Assembly (NCBI GenBank): GCA_030295235.1
Contig: AP026123.1
Location: forward strand, 1,550,001 to 1,614,000
Origin: Fistulifera solaris
Lineage: Eukaryota
Length of the DNA stretch: 64,000 nucleotides
Direction of reading: 5' to 3'
Within the stretch, counting starts at the first letter, position 1; the number at the start of each line of letters is the position of its first letter. The notes under the pieces are model-generated. The model did not search any database. It was given only the letters and a program-made list of their open reading frames with translations, and had not been told where the DNA came from. The position numbers were made by a program, and so were the translations under genes. Of the stretch, positions 1 to 14,231 are shown one piece after another.

Positions 1-430
1 TTTTCGCATCTACATTGCACAGATGTCAACGTTCCCTTGTCCACCGTATTAGCTTCGTATTCGGAAGTAATAGCCGCCTTCGAGTTGAAAACAAAACGTT
101 GTTGGTACAAATGTAGCAGCGCTTCGAATGTCTACGTACTTTCACGTGGCTCTCGTAGGGAAATTTATCGACAGAGGGGGAACCCGGATATCGAGTAAAT
201 TCGATCACGCCATCTTTCGCGTCGCTTGGACGCCAATGTCAATGTTACTGTGCCCAACATCGCTAATGCGTGCCATGTGCCATGCAACAAAAACCAAATC
301 GATCTTGGTTGGACAGTAGTGAAACACAAATGAGTAAAAAGATACAACGCTTCCAATGTCTACGCGCTTTGCACGTAGCCGCCCTAGGAAATTTATCTCT
401 ACAGGGGTACCCGGATATTCTCTAATTTTT
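1..430. repeat. Degenerate tandem duplication, about 2 units of ~215-228 bp, possibly truncated by the window edge
   Basis: aatgtctacg...cacgt...gaaatttatc..cag.ggg..acccggatat occurs at ~128-200 and ~355-427. ttttcgcatc at 1 matches ctttcgcgtc at ~214, and atgtcaa recurs at ~22 and ~236. Confidence 0.65.
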
Positions 431-470
431 ACATTTTTTATTTTTGCGCAGCTCTTTTCATATTGACACG

Positions 471-1928
471 ATGAACCTTCCATTCTTAGTAGCATGTCTC
501 TTCATTATTGTGCGGCAAACACTATCATTTCGCTCTCCTCAAACTTCTCTCCAACCTTTAAGTCGCAGAGGAGCAGCGGGTAGGCCGCTGGATTATGCGA
601 CAGGATGGCCGCAAAAGTTCCCCGCCAAAGATCATTGCTCGCGGTGTGGTTTGTGTGAAACAACCTTTGTTTCACGTGTCAAAGATGCTTGTGCGTTATT
701 ACCTGAGACCGGTATGAGTCGAATGCACGACTTGGAAGTCAAAGTGCACGGTCGTAGCCGGAATACGCACCATGCAATGGACACAGCCGACGAAGGTCGA
801 TTTGGTGTTTTGCACGAGGAAATGAAACTGGTAAAGGGCGTCGGAATGAATGACTCTCAGTGGACTGGAGTCGTAACATCGATTGCTCTCTCGATGTTAG
901 AAGCAAAGAAAGTTGACGCAGTTGTCTGTATTGCCGGAGAGCAGGATAGTTGGGCTACTCCCGAAGCGATTGTAGCAAAATCTGCGGAACAAATTTTGCG
1001 TGGACGAGGTGTAAAACCTTCTTTGGCTCCCCAGTTTGAAAGTCTTGGATGAAATTAAAGAAGATAGATCGATTCGAAAATTGTTATTTTGTGGAGTAGG
1101 ATGCTCCGTTCAAGCTTTTCGAGCTATTCAAGATGATCTTGATCTTGACGAAGTCTACGTGCTGGGAACGAATTGTGTCGACAACAGCCCGACTCCCAAA
1201 GCAGCTGAAAATTTTGTTCGGGTGGGACTTGGCTTGAAAGATATTGAAGAAGTGAAGGGTTATGAATTCATGCAGGACTTTCGCGTTCACGCAAAGACAA
1301 GTGACGGGTACTTGACGAAGCCGTACTTTTGTTTACCGGGAGTGATTGCTAAGCCATCCATTGCAACATCTTGTTTGGCGTGTTTCGACTACACAAATGG
1401 GCTAGCTGATGTCGTGGTTGGTTACATGGGAGCACCACTGGACTCTGGAAGGCGTATGGACGAATCCTTTCAAACTTTAACAATAAGGAATCAGAAAGGG
1501 GCAGACATGATCGAGACAACCAGAAAACGTGGCCTACTATCAATTGGACCGACAGCAACGGGAAAAGGGAGTTTTGAAGACTTTGCTTTGTCCACATTGA
1601 AGTCAGATGCTATTGTACAGTCGATGATAGGAGGTTCAATTATGGAAAAGGGATTGCCCGATTGGCTTGGTACTATGCTGGCTTTCTTGTTGCAAAGAAT
1701 TGGTCCAACGGGCATAAACTTTGCGAGGTACAGTATCGACTACCATATCCTCCGAAACTACATGCATGTTGTTGGCGAATGGGGAGAAACTTCCGCCAAG
1801 AAATTTGTCCCTGCATATGCCCAGAAGATCATCAAAAGTATCTCGAGAAAGATTCCATGACAAATCTTTTGTCACAGATCCATCAGAACAGCGAATACAG
1901 TAGCCGTAAATCTAGAGACCCCTACTAA
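471..1928 (+). CDS. HCAR: 7-hydroxymethyl chlorophyll a reductase-like protein (FrhB/F420 hydrogenase beta family), plastid-targeted; frameshifts at ~1032 and ~1835
   Basis: Motifs PAKDHCSRCGLC (FeS), QWTGVVTSIA, GVGCSVQAFR, GTNCVDN, EFMQDFRVH and SCLACFDYTNGLADVVVGYMGAP. N-terminal signal peptide ends TLS-F. ORFs 444-1052, 1036-1860 and 1662-1928 join by single-base indels. Confidence 0.85.
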
Positions 1929-1999
1929 ACTAGTAAGCAGAGATCCTTCTGTAGTTTCCTTGAATGTTCCAATTTCACCCCTCATGTCATAACTCGCGT

Positions 2000-2812
2000 T
2001 TGACACGGTGTTTTGGATCCTACTGAAATGCTGTGCACGTTCGAGAACTTCTGGACACGGTGGTTTTGGATCATAACAAAAGAAGGTGCACGTACCAGAA
2101 ATTCTGGATAAATTATTTCTGATCATACAGAAATTCTGCGGTGCTCCAGAAATTCAGGACCAGTTTTTCTGATCCCCGATGATACTACCGAAATGCTCTG
2201 CACGCTCCAGAAACTCTGGACACGGTGTTTTGGATCCTACCGAAATGCTGTGCACGTTCCAGATCTTTTGGACACGGTGTTTTGGATCGTGACGAAAGAA
2301 AGTGCACGTTCCAGAAATTCTGGATAAATTATTTCTGATCATACAGAAATTCTGCGGTGGTCCAGAAATTCAGGACCAGTTTTTTCGATCCTTCGATGAT
2401 CCTGCCGAAATGCTGTGCACGCTCCAGAAACTCTGGACACTGAGTTTCGGATCCTACCGAAATGCTGTGCACGTTCCAGATCTTTTTGACACGGTATTTT
2501 GGATCGTGATGAAAGAAAGTGCACGTTCCAGAAATTCTGGATAAATTATTTCTGATCATACAGAAATTCTGCGGTGGTCCAGAAATTCTGGACCGGTTTT
2601 TGATCCTTCGTTGATACTACCGAAATGCTGTGCACGCTCCAGAAACTCTGGCCACTGAGTTCGGATCCTACCGAAATGCTGTGCACGTTCCAGATCTTTG
2701 GACACGGTGTTTTTGCATCATAACTCATAACGAAAGAAGGCGCAGATACCAGAAATTCTGGATACGTTATTTCTGCTCCTATAGAAATTTTGTGGAGAGC
2801 CAGAAATTCTAA
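2000..2812. repeat. Satellite array: ~52-61 bp monomers carrying CCAGAAATTCTGG, arranged in ~217 bp four-monomer higher-order units
   Basis: The core recurs at ~2095, 2146, 2207, 2259, 2311, 2362, 2423, 2477, 2528, 2579, 2639, 2690 and 2749. The block ccagaaattctggataaattatttctgatcatacagaaattctgcgg is at 2095, 2311 and 2528. Confidence 0.95.
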
Positions 2813-3069
2813 TTGAAACGGAGGAACGTTGCAGCTATGAAGAAAGAAAACGAAAGGGTTCACGCAGGACCGAGTGACTGAATGAAAAGGGGGCAGATAG
2901 ACTAGTTGCGTCTGCAAGTTTCTTTTGAACGGCGCTCGAACGGAGAACCAATTTTCTGTTATGATACCAGACGATTTTCACGAACTACGTATTTTCCTGG
3001 CTTACCACTTTCGATCAAGATAAGTGTTGATAGTCACGATTAGTTGCTATAAAGATTAGTTGTTCTTTT

Positions 3070-5621
3070 CTAGCTTTTCTGCCCCGCCAAGAGCTGACTC
3101 ACGATTTCTTTGGTATACTTTAGGCGCTTTTCAATTTCAGACGACGTTCCAACAAGATCATCCGTCAAGCAATATGTGGCTCGAACTCGACTTTTGTCCA
3201 CATACGTTACGAAACGAGTGTCGGGAGTCAACAAGACTTCGGTTTGATCATAGAAGACAACTTGAATTGTCTGGTCGCTGAGACGAAACAAAATGGCGTG
3301 CTTTGTCTGAACCCATTTCTTGACGTAAATCAAATCGCCGTCGGCCGTCTTGGCACTTCCAAAGAACAGAGGTCCTTTGTCGTGATGTTCTTCAGCAGCT
3401 TTCTTCTGCTGATCGATCAAATAATTGCGGAAGTGGGTCAATAGGGTCACCTTCTTCTTCAGAGCCTCTGGGTAGGATACTAGAGTGTACGTGTCAATCG
3501 TTGTCTCAGGACGCCGACTTGTGGAAGCGTTCTTCTCATCTCTTTACGTTCAATGTATTGAAAGCAGTCCCCTTCGGATTCTAAAGCAGTCTTTGTGGAA
3601 TCATTGAAGTAAACGCCCGATCCACCGTCGTTCAGCAAAAACCCCAAGCCATATTTGCTCGTATAGTCAACGTATCGAATAACCCATTTTTGCGGCCCGT
3701 TCTGAGAAGAAACTTGTTGAAGCGAATGTGCGCGGTAGCTACCTTTGCGCGAATTAGCGATCGCTAGAACAGTGTCAAGCTGGTCGACCATATTGCGTAC
3801 AACATCGAAATCATTATCAGCTAACATGACACAATTTTCAGGGCTTTTGGAAGACACGCTGGGTGCTTTTGACATTTGCATGGCCGGGGAGGCAAGAGAG
3901 AGACTTGCGGTCCGAGTGACCAAGACATCGTCAGACGCTACCTCTGCAAAGGGCTTTGGAGATGCAACAATTTTCGGTTCGTCTCGCTCGGCTCTGATTC
4001 ATCGTATATTTGGAATTCGGAGGAGACGGCGGCTTTCTTGCTTGACATCCCTTTAGCGGGTACCAACATTGTGTTCATGTTGCGATTCGAATCCCCCTCG
4101 CGATCTCCCCTTCAAGGGTTTAAAGGATGATGTCGTACTTCTTGGCATGTTCGGATGGCGAGCGCCAAAAGGATGCCGCGAAGTAAAGCGAGGTAGAGAC
4201 GCCTTGCTGGATGTAGCAGATGTAGCATCACCCTCACAGACCAAAATGCCGAATTCATTTTCTTGCCAAACGGGCACTCGATGAAGAAGACTGGACGGAA
4301 GGTATTGAGGAAGCGGATTATCACTGAGGAAAGGATGTGCCATGATGGTCTCTAAGGAAGGCCTATCTTTGGGGTCACTTTGCAGTATGGAACGAATCAG
4401 ATCTTTAACACTTTCAGAGAGCTCCAACGCAGCTGGGAAGCTATATTCGTTTGCCAAAATCCGCTGATAAGTTGCTTTTACGTCCTTTGCTTCGTAAGGA
4501 GGTTTCCCAACCAGCATCGTGTACAAAATGACTCCAATTGACCAGACGTCGACCTCAAAAGAGTGACCTCGTTTCGACTTATCGCCCTGAATGATTTCGG
4601 GTGCTATGTAGTTGGGAGTACCACAAATAGTCTTCCGCTTTTCATCACGGTCCTCTACTCGAGTCGCCAGCCCGAAATCGCCGACCTTCAGTTCCATGTC
4701 TCGGTCAAGAAAAAGATTTCCCAGTTTGAGATCACGATGGATCACAGAGTTATCATGCATGAACTTAACGGAATCGAGAAGGTGACTCAAAAAATATGCA
4801 GCTTCAGGTTCGGTTAATCGTTTCCGTCGCTTAATCATTTCGTTTAGACTTTGGTTGTGGCAAAGCTCCAGCAAAATATAACAGTTACTGCGGTCCTCAA
4901 AGTAGTGCTTGTATTGACAGATGTGTCGATGTTTGAGGGTGCGATGAACTTTGATCTCTGTTTGTAGCTGAAAAAACACAGTCATGTCAGCGTTACCTAG
5001 CACTTGAAAAATCTTAAATTCTTCGCATCGCAAACTTACCTTTTGACGGGCTCGAGCTTTGACTAGATTTGATTTCCCCACCACTTTAACTGCGTATTGC
5101 TTTCCAGTATCCATTGCTGTGCACAAGTAAACTTTGGCAAATCCTCCTTTTCCGAGCATTCGACCACGAAGATATTGATGTATTGTGTGACCCTCACCAT
5201 CTGGGCATCTCCGTTTTTCTTCAATCATGATATCCTGGCTACCGTCATCGGAGGTCGCTGCCCGAGACGAAGCTGTCTTTTCCGATGCGCGAAGGAGGGA
5301 GGAAGAAACCGTATTGCGAAATCCAGAGCCCGTGTCGTTTCGTGCTTCGACAGTGCTTCGAGTACCCCGTGACGACACATCTCCTTGCGATATTACAAGC
5401 GGATAGGCCTGCGAAGATGACGAATACTCTTCTGCGTTAGAAGACGCTGAAGCATAGGTTCCTGACATCACCATGGCCTGGTTTTGTGCGTTGCTTCGAT
5501 TTTGACTGGAAGCGTTAACCATCGATCGGCTACCGTAGACTGTCTGGGGAAACTTGTTTGAATCAGATCGAGAATCTCGGAAAGGCGGAATGGTATCGAT
5601 TATCTCCAGTGCTGTAGACAT
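3070..5621 (-). CDS. PLK1: Polo-like kinase (kinase domain plus two polo boxes); intron 4968-5039; frameshifts near 4050 and 3490-3540
   Basis: Kinase motifs GKGGFAKVY, HRDLKLGNLFL and GDFGLA...KRKTICGTPNYIAPE. Polo boxes WVIRYVDYTSKYGLGFLL..GVYFNDST and VKKWVQTKHAILFRLSDQTIQVVFYDQT. Confidence 0.95.
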
Positions 5622-5859
5622 GTTGAAGTGAACTGAGGATTAGCAATCCGTTCGAAGCAGAAAATAACTTTTGACGGCTAGATCCGACAACAAGCAAGAG
5701 CGGAAAATCACCAGTAGTGCCTGATGCGATGCGGACAAACGTATAACGAGAGCTTCACAAGTATGATGTTTGCTTTTCAATGTCAAGACCGAAAAGAGAC
5801 AGTAAGAAAGTGATTTTAACGAATCCTAAACACGTCTTCTTGGTTCGAACATAGGCATA

Positions 5860-5946
5860 AAAACGGCATAACCATGTGAGGGAAAAGAGAGATCTGGAAA
5901 CGGACAACGAACAAAAGTCAAGCTGGCGCGAAAATGGAAATTCAAA
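5860..5946 (-). promoter_or_regulatory. Putative cell-cycle promoter motifs upstream of PLK1
   Basis: On the minus strand, TTTTCGCGCC (5925-5934) is E2F-like and TTTGAA (5941-5946) is CHR-like. AACGG (MSA-like core) lies at 5862 and 5899 on the plus strand. All are short motifs and may be chance matches. Confidence 0.3.
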
Positions 5947-6347
5947 CGAACCGGTACCAAAATACCGTATCTGCGCTTGTAATTTCTAAAATATACCGTA
6001 TACATACATTCAGGTCGGTAATCACAAGCCGTAAGTAAGACGTTTTAAACAATACGCCGAAACATCATTCAAAGCCTGACACAGATTACATTGTTGCAGC
6101 CTGCGCGGCGCCGCGCGATGCGCGATAGAAAGGACCACAAGGCGGGAGTGAGCCTCAATCACTAATTCGACGTTATCCATGATCGACGTCCGCGAGGCGC
6201 GAGGCATGTTTTTGTTGTAAGTTACAGTATTGTTGTCTTCATTTACTGTAAATAATCCATTTGGTTGTGTTATCCCATTAGTTGTTTTGCATCATCAGCT
6301 CCCCTCTTTCACGTCGCCCACTGAAGAGGGAGAACGCACTGCGCAGA

Positions 6348-6866
6348 ATGACATCAACCAACTCTCACCGGCAGCAATTAGATCAGCTTTTTGCGTTTGA
6401 CAGTATCGCCTCTGTTGTTTTTGGTGTATTGGCACTTTTATCTCCTCATCACATGGTCGAACAGCTTGGCGGAGGATACAGCCACTCGACACACGAAGCG
6501 TTACGGTACGTGACTCTGTGTGTCGAATGTTATACGGAGTATTCTGTATCTCGATTGTCGTTCTTATTATTATTCCGCAGTCTATACGGGTGTTTGCGTT
6601 TGGCTTGCGGATGGATACTCTGGCATGTAAGGAGGGTCGATGACGGGATTTTTCGCCGTCACGTATGTGAAGCACTGCTTACTTGCTACATCCTACAGTC
6701 GTTGGCTGTAATGAGAGCTCAATTCACTGACAAACACGTGCTGGTCAACTGGATAGCTATCCTGATCTTGCTGGGTCTGTCTGCCGCGTACGGTTCTTTC
6801 AGATTTGGAAGCGGAGGGCATATGATAAAAGTTTACGAACTTCCTACCTCTGGGACTTTACAATAG
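6348..6866 (+). CDS. Small multi-pass membrane protein, TP53I11/PIG11-like; intron 6506-6580
   Basis: About four hydrophobic segments. Spliced LRLYGCLRLACGWILW...RHVCEALLTCYILQSLAV resembles the recalled TP53I11 pattern IRLYGG...TEACYFGVQFLVV. The intron reads GTACGT...CCGCAG. Confidence 0.6.
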   Translation: MTSTNSHRQQLDQLFAFDSIASVVFGVLALLSPHHMVEQLGGGYSHSTHEALRYVTLCVECYTEYSVSRLSFLLLFRSLYGCLRLACGWILWHVRRVDDGIFRRHVCEALLTCYILQSLAVMRAQFTDKHVLVNWIAILILLGLSAAYGSFRFGSGGHMIKVYELPTSGTLQ

Positions 6867-7255
6867 CAGAGACTTTATGACCTGCTTCGATTAATCGTCC
6901 GATGTCCGATACGACGCTCGAGAGCATGAATATGTTTCGACCGCTTTCCGACTCTCGCAGCCAAAGGTATGATAATTGGTTTTCCTACTCACAGAATGCA
7001 ACAACACGGATTTACAATTAACCAACAAACTATGTACATTCTTTGTTCCACCCTCTAACAGTTCTAACAATCAAAAATTATCAATCATCGCACGCACCCA
7101 AGTTCCGTCTACTTCCGTAACTAAACTACAATTACATTCATTCATGGAAACGTTCCAATCAGATTATTTTGATAAGCTTTATGATTACAAAACTAGAAGG
7201 GTATGACCAGACCAGGGCGGAACCTCCTCATAGCAATGAGTTATAACTCATTGCC

Positions 7256-9742
<2,487 letters not shown>

Positions 9743-10350
9743 TTTGAACACTAATTATAAATTATGTGCGCAATAGTTATTATTCGTCTGGTAAACCAAT
9801 ACGTTGTTGTTTGCTTCACGACGGCCTTGTTGGACCAAAACAATCAAGTGCGAAGTAAAAACAACAAGGTGAACGCTTCTGTTTCCTCGTCGGCAATGCC
9901 CGCGTCTTCCATCCAACGATGCATGGCTGACATAGCCATCGGATTCAAACTTGAGTACATGTAGAGAGAGAGTATATCATACTTAGGACACAGCTGTATT
10001 TCATTTAATGTAGCCTTGAGCTGGCGCGCGACATACTATCAGTTTTGTGTAGCCAGCAATTTAAATGACACCGGACCCTGCCGGGCTCGCTTTCCCGACC
10101 GGCTCGGAAAAGTACACTTTTGTATTGGAAAGAGGGAACGGTTTGATTCGTGATTCAAGTTCTTGTTTCAATCACAGACTTTTTAGTGATATCACAAACG
10201 TGAATGAGAGCTCTCTCGAAACAAGACAGAAGGGTTTCGGCTGCGTTCGATCCAGATCAGCGGCTTTTCACAGCGAAAAACACCATGATCATATCGTCTG
10301 AATTCTGTAATTATTACTTGCCCCATCAACAACGCTTATAACAAAACAAA

Positions 10351-11518
10351 ATGCCTCTCGAGTCATGTATGATCCTGTTGGACTGTTCCGAGTACATGAG
10401 GAACGGTGATTACATTCCGACGCGACTCGAAGCACAAGTCGATGCAGCGAACATGCTGGTCGGGGCCAAGACACAGTCGCATCCCGAATCGACTGTAGGC
10501 ATTAGCGCAGGAACGGAACTTCTATTGAGCCCAACGACCGATGTCGGTATGATGCTGCGAGCCATTCACGGTCTGAAATTCACGTCAAGCGTAGACGATT
10601 TGTGCGCCGCGGTGCAGGTCGCGGGTCTCGCGTTAAAGCACCGTCGCAACAAAAATGGATCGCAGCGAATTATTGCGTTCGTCGGATCTCCTCTCACGGA
10701 TGTAGAAACACGAGCACTTCAAAAGGCGGGTCGACAACTGAAGAAAAATAACGTAGCAATCGATGTTGTGGCGTTGGGCGAGCTCGAGACGAACGAAGAA
10801 AAATTGCGTGAATTGGTAGATGCCGCTAACGGACGTTCGGATGAAGGTGGAGAGCGTACTTGTCACTTGGTCACAATTCCAGCGGGTGTTTTACCCAGTG
10901 ATGTGCTGGCGAACAGTCCCGTACTTGCGGCTGATGGGGAGCTTATGCCGCTGCAGCGGGGGCCATGGCAACGAGCGGATTTGATGGCGGAAATCAGTTT
11001 GCCGAGTTTGGCGGAGTGGACCCCAACATGGACCCCGAATTGGCAATGGCACTGCGTGTGAGTATGGAAGAAGAGCGCGTCCGACAAGAACGTGCTACCG
11101 CTGCGGCAGCACAAGAAGAAAGCAAAGACACTGACATGGCGGATGCAGCTACGGCTGATGCGGGTCTTTCGGAGGAAGATGCCCTTTGCAGCAAGCTTTA
11201 GCCATGTCAATGCAAGAAAATGATCCGGTACCTTCGGGAGACACAAAACCATCGGCTGCAGCTACCATGATGGAGACGGATGATGACGAAGATGCCGCCA
11301 TGCTCATGGCAATTCAAATGTCTATGCAAACAGAAGAGAATGATTCAAAACCATCTCAGGAAAGTACATCAAATCAGCAGTTTCAAGACCCTGCTTTTGT
11401 TAGCGAGCTCTTAGGATCGATGCCCGGTGTCGATGCAAACGATCCGGAAATTCAGGAAGCGCTAAGAAAGGCAGCCGCCAAGAAAGAAGAAGAGAAGGAC
11501 AAGAAAGGAGACAATTAG
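10351..11518 (+). CDS. RPN10: 26S proteasome ubiquitin receptor RPN10/PSMD4 (vWA plus UIMs); frameshifts at ~10935 and ~11185
   Basis: MPLESCMILLDCSEYMRNGDYIPTRLEAQ, LALKHRRNKN..QRIIAFVGSP, GVDPNMDPELAMALRVSMEEE and further UIM-like LQQALAMSM. Confidence 0.95.
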
Positions 11519-11959
11519 ATCCGTAAATTACTAGTTTTATCAATTAGTTGAAAGCTCCTTCGTTTCACTTTTAATGACCTTAGAGTCCAGCCATCGTCAT
11601 TTTGCCCCTTAGACAATTTGCTCAAGAAATATACCTTGTACCGTCTGATATCAAGATCTCGAATACAGTTGATGTGGCTGAGGGGGCTTCTTGCTCCTTT
11701 ATAACAACATCCGCGGAGTACTTTTCAAAGTTACTTCGCAGAAATACAATTATCTAGTAGACTAGTTTACCTTCGAAGAGATGACATGCAAGAACCGATT
11801 ATTCCCGAGTAATAACGAACCGTCTATTTGTCGAATGGAAGCCCGATTATGACTTTAATTTCAAACCTTTGTCAATTATTTTTAAAGAATACTCTATCAC
11901 TTAGATTCATGTATGACTAGTATTTGATTTTGCAATGCATTTCTTGGTTTTAATGTTGA

Positions 11960-12045
11960 AAATCGTCCCAAGTCCTCGACAATTGATTACTATCGCTCAA
12001 AGTGTTGTCCGTTTTGGCCATGAATGACTAGATTTCAGTCATGAA
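11960..12045 (+). repeat. Partial copy of the dispersed ~220-bp intergenic element
   Basis: GACTAGATTTCAGTCATGAA at 12026-12045, preceded by ttactatcgctcaaagtgttg, which resembles the middle motif of other copies. Confidence 0.5.
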
Positions 12046-12190
12046 AGCGTTGAGAATTATTTCGCATTTCGCGAACATAATAAAAACACGACGCGTAACG
12101 CGTATAAAAACGACCATGGTGTCAACCCCGCTTTTGAAGCAAAGAACTCACGTGTAAATTTCATTTACATTCAATTATTGATCCCCAACA

Positions 12191-12616
12191 ATGCTTCACA
12201 TACTGTACATGCTCCACAAACTGCAAAAGCTCTTTCTCAAGATATATCACGCGCAAGACAAGCGTGTGATTATTGAAGAGTTAGGGATTTCCGGAAGCAT
12301 CTTGTTCGTCATCGTTGTCGTAAGCCTTATCTATTGTATCACATCTCGCGTCTTCCGACATTTCGAGGTTCGAGAATACGATGATCTGAGAGACTTTCTT
12401 CTCGAAGCGGGTGACAACGAAGTGGGTCATGTCCATGAACCAGATGAAGAAGGGGGAATGCTTGAAGCTTCTCTGGATGATTTATTCCCTAACGTCCTTG
12501 CTACGGATAAAGATAAGAAAAAGAAACAGAAGGGGCAGCGTAGAAGGAATACAACTTCCGAAGAAGCGAAAGAAGGTGATGTTGAAGCACCAGAAGATGC
12601 GGAAGAAAACGAGTAA
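12191..12616 (+). CDS. Hypothetical single-pass membrane protein with an acidic/charged tail
   Basis: ATG-initiated 141-aa ORF with one hydrophobic segment (ILFVIVVVSLIYCI). The C-terminus may be affected by an indel. Confidence 0.55.
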   Translation: MLHILYMLHKLQKLFLKIYHAQDKRVIIEELGISGSILFVIVVVSLIYCITSRVFRHFEVREYDDLRDFLLEAGDNEVGHVHEPDEEGGMLEASLDDLFPNVLATDKDKKKKQKGQRRRNTTSEEAKEGDVEAPEDAEENE

Positions 12617-12856
12617 TGCAACGAATCGTCGTGCATTACCAATGAAGGAGCTGTTGAGAAAAGTGCGGTGTCTAAAATAATACTCCGTATATCTATTTCT
12701 CTGTTCTAGCACTACATTATTTAAGCTGTGTGTTGTGTTGTAATTGCTTTTCGAGCCCATGTGCAATAATAAAATTCGCCTCTACATCGAAATGCCGTTC
12801 GTTGTACCGTGCGTGAAGGACGCCATCCGTTTCATTCGTCTCACCTACCACGAAGC

Positions 12857-13516
12857 TTATAACTCTATCTGAGACGACGCAAAAACCTTTCGCACACTTG
12901 TAGCATTAGAGATCTCAGCTTCACGTCGTCGAAAAATGTCCAAGGGAGTCTCAGAAGTCGTATCTTTCATTTCAACAGCTTGTGGGGCAAATTCAAGAAG
13001 CTGGGACAAAAGCGCTAGAGGAATACAATCATGCCGCGCCATCAAATAATGCAACGGAGTCCTCCATTCCATGGTATCTGCCAGTTGAACCACCGAGCGG
13101 TTCGCGTCAACAATGCGCATCGCAATAGCCGTGTCCGAGTTACTATTCACTGTTTCGTCGTTTCCTGACGTGACATAAAGTTCCATGCAAACAATGTGCA
13201 AAGCCGTCCTCCCAAAAGCATCCTTAACCGAAGTGATTGAATGGTTCGCCTCGAGAATGCTTTCTACCGCTTTTCGCTTCCATTCCTGCATGTAACTTCG
13301 GGTCGTTTCATCGGCACAGCGCGTCGAATGTCGCAATAGCCGATGCAACGCCGTATCATGAGGAGGATACTTGTGTACATAAGCGGTTTCTTTCGGATGA
13401 GATCGACATCGCGCTGGAATCAAATCCCAATTATTTCCCGAAGATGCATATTTGTAGAGTTTGGGCAAACGGAAGCGTTCGTAAAGGCGTAAGCGACCTG
13501 TTCGCGATAGCAGCAT
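12857..13516 (-). CDS. Ankyrin-repeat-like protein
   Basis: DTALHRLL, KDAFGRTALHIVC, RTPLHYLM and KDTTSETPLD motifs. Confidence 0.8.
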   Translation of the reverse strand: MLLSRTGRLRLYERFRLPKLYKYASSGNNWDLIPARCRSHPKETAYVHKYPPHDTALHRLLRHSTRCADETTRSYMQEWKRKAVESILEANHSITSVKDAFGRTALHIVCMELYVTSGNDETVNSNSDTAIAMRIVDANRSVVQLADTMEWRTPLHYLMARHDCIPLALLSQLLEFAPQAVEMKDTTSETPLDIFRRREAEISNATSVRKVFASSQIEL

Positions 13517-14231
13517 TGCAATTGGTCGCCGGTCATGGTAGTAGAGATCTGCGCGAGAAAGATTAATGAGCGTGTGTATCGCTAGCTGAACAAGATGTAA
13601 GTTAAGGAACGTAATTGTTGCGTGGCAGTCGACTCTCTCGACATCAAACTTTCTTCCTTATTGTTCTTGTGATAGTTGTGAGTTTTTCTTGCTGTGTGGT
13701 GCAAATGAGTTGCGAGTTGCGAGGCCTTTTGTGCGAGGTGCGAATGTGCGACAACGATGACGTAATGATCAAAGTACAGTGACAACGACTGTCTTTTCAC
13801 GACTAAAATCATTCCACGTTATCGTGTACTGTACATATTTCACTAAAGTGCGAAATACTTTGAGTCCCTCAAAATGTAGGCAAGTATCATATAGTACCGC
13901 TCCGACAGATCCCTTTTCGTTCACTTTTTCTTTCAAGGAACGATCACTTCACAAAATCAACCATGGCAACATTTTTTGTTGCGATTCTCATTAAACGAAT
14001 ATTACGAAATATCATTATCGATCTCAATCGGAACCGTGATACCCTTTTGTTGGAGCTATACGGGCGAACACGCTCCGTAACATACGAGAATGTTTTACAA
14101 AATGAGTGACAGTGCTCATTCTGGATGTTCGACAGTCTAGAGACGAAACCAATGACCAAAAATCATTAGAAAAATAAGAGGCTGATGGTTGAGGAGCGAT
14201 ATTTAAAACTTTATTCGCGTCGTAGTCTATC

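Noticed and set aside
2000..2812. CRISPR-like array (palindromic repeat with regular spacing); also 63130-63765
   Set aside because: The spacers are themselves repeated in higher-order units rather than unique, there are no cas genes, and the context is eukaryotic.
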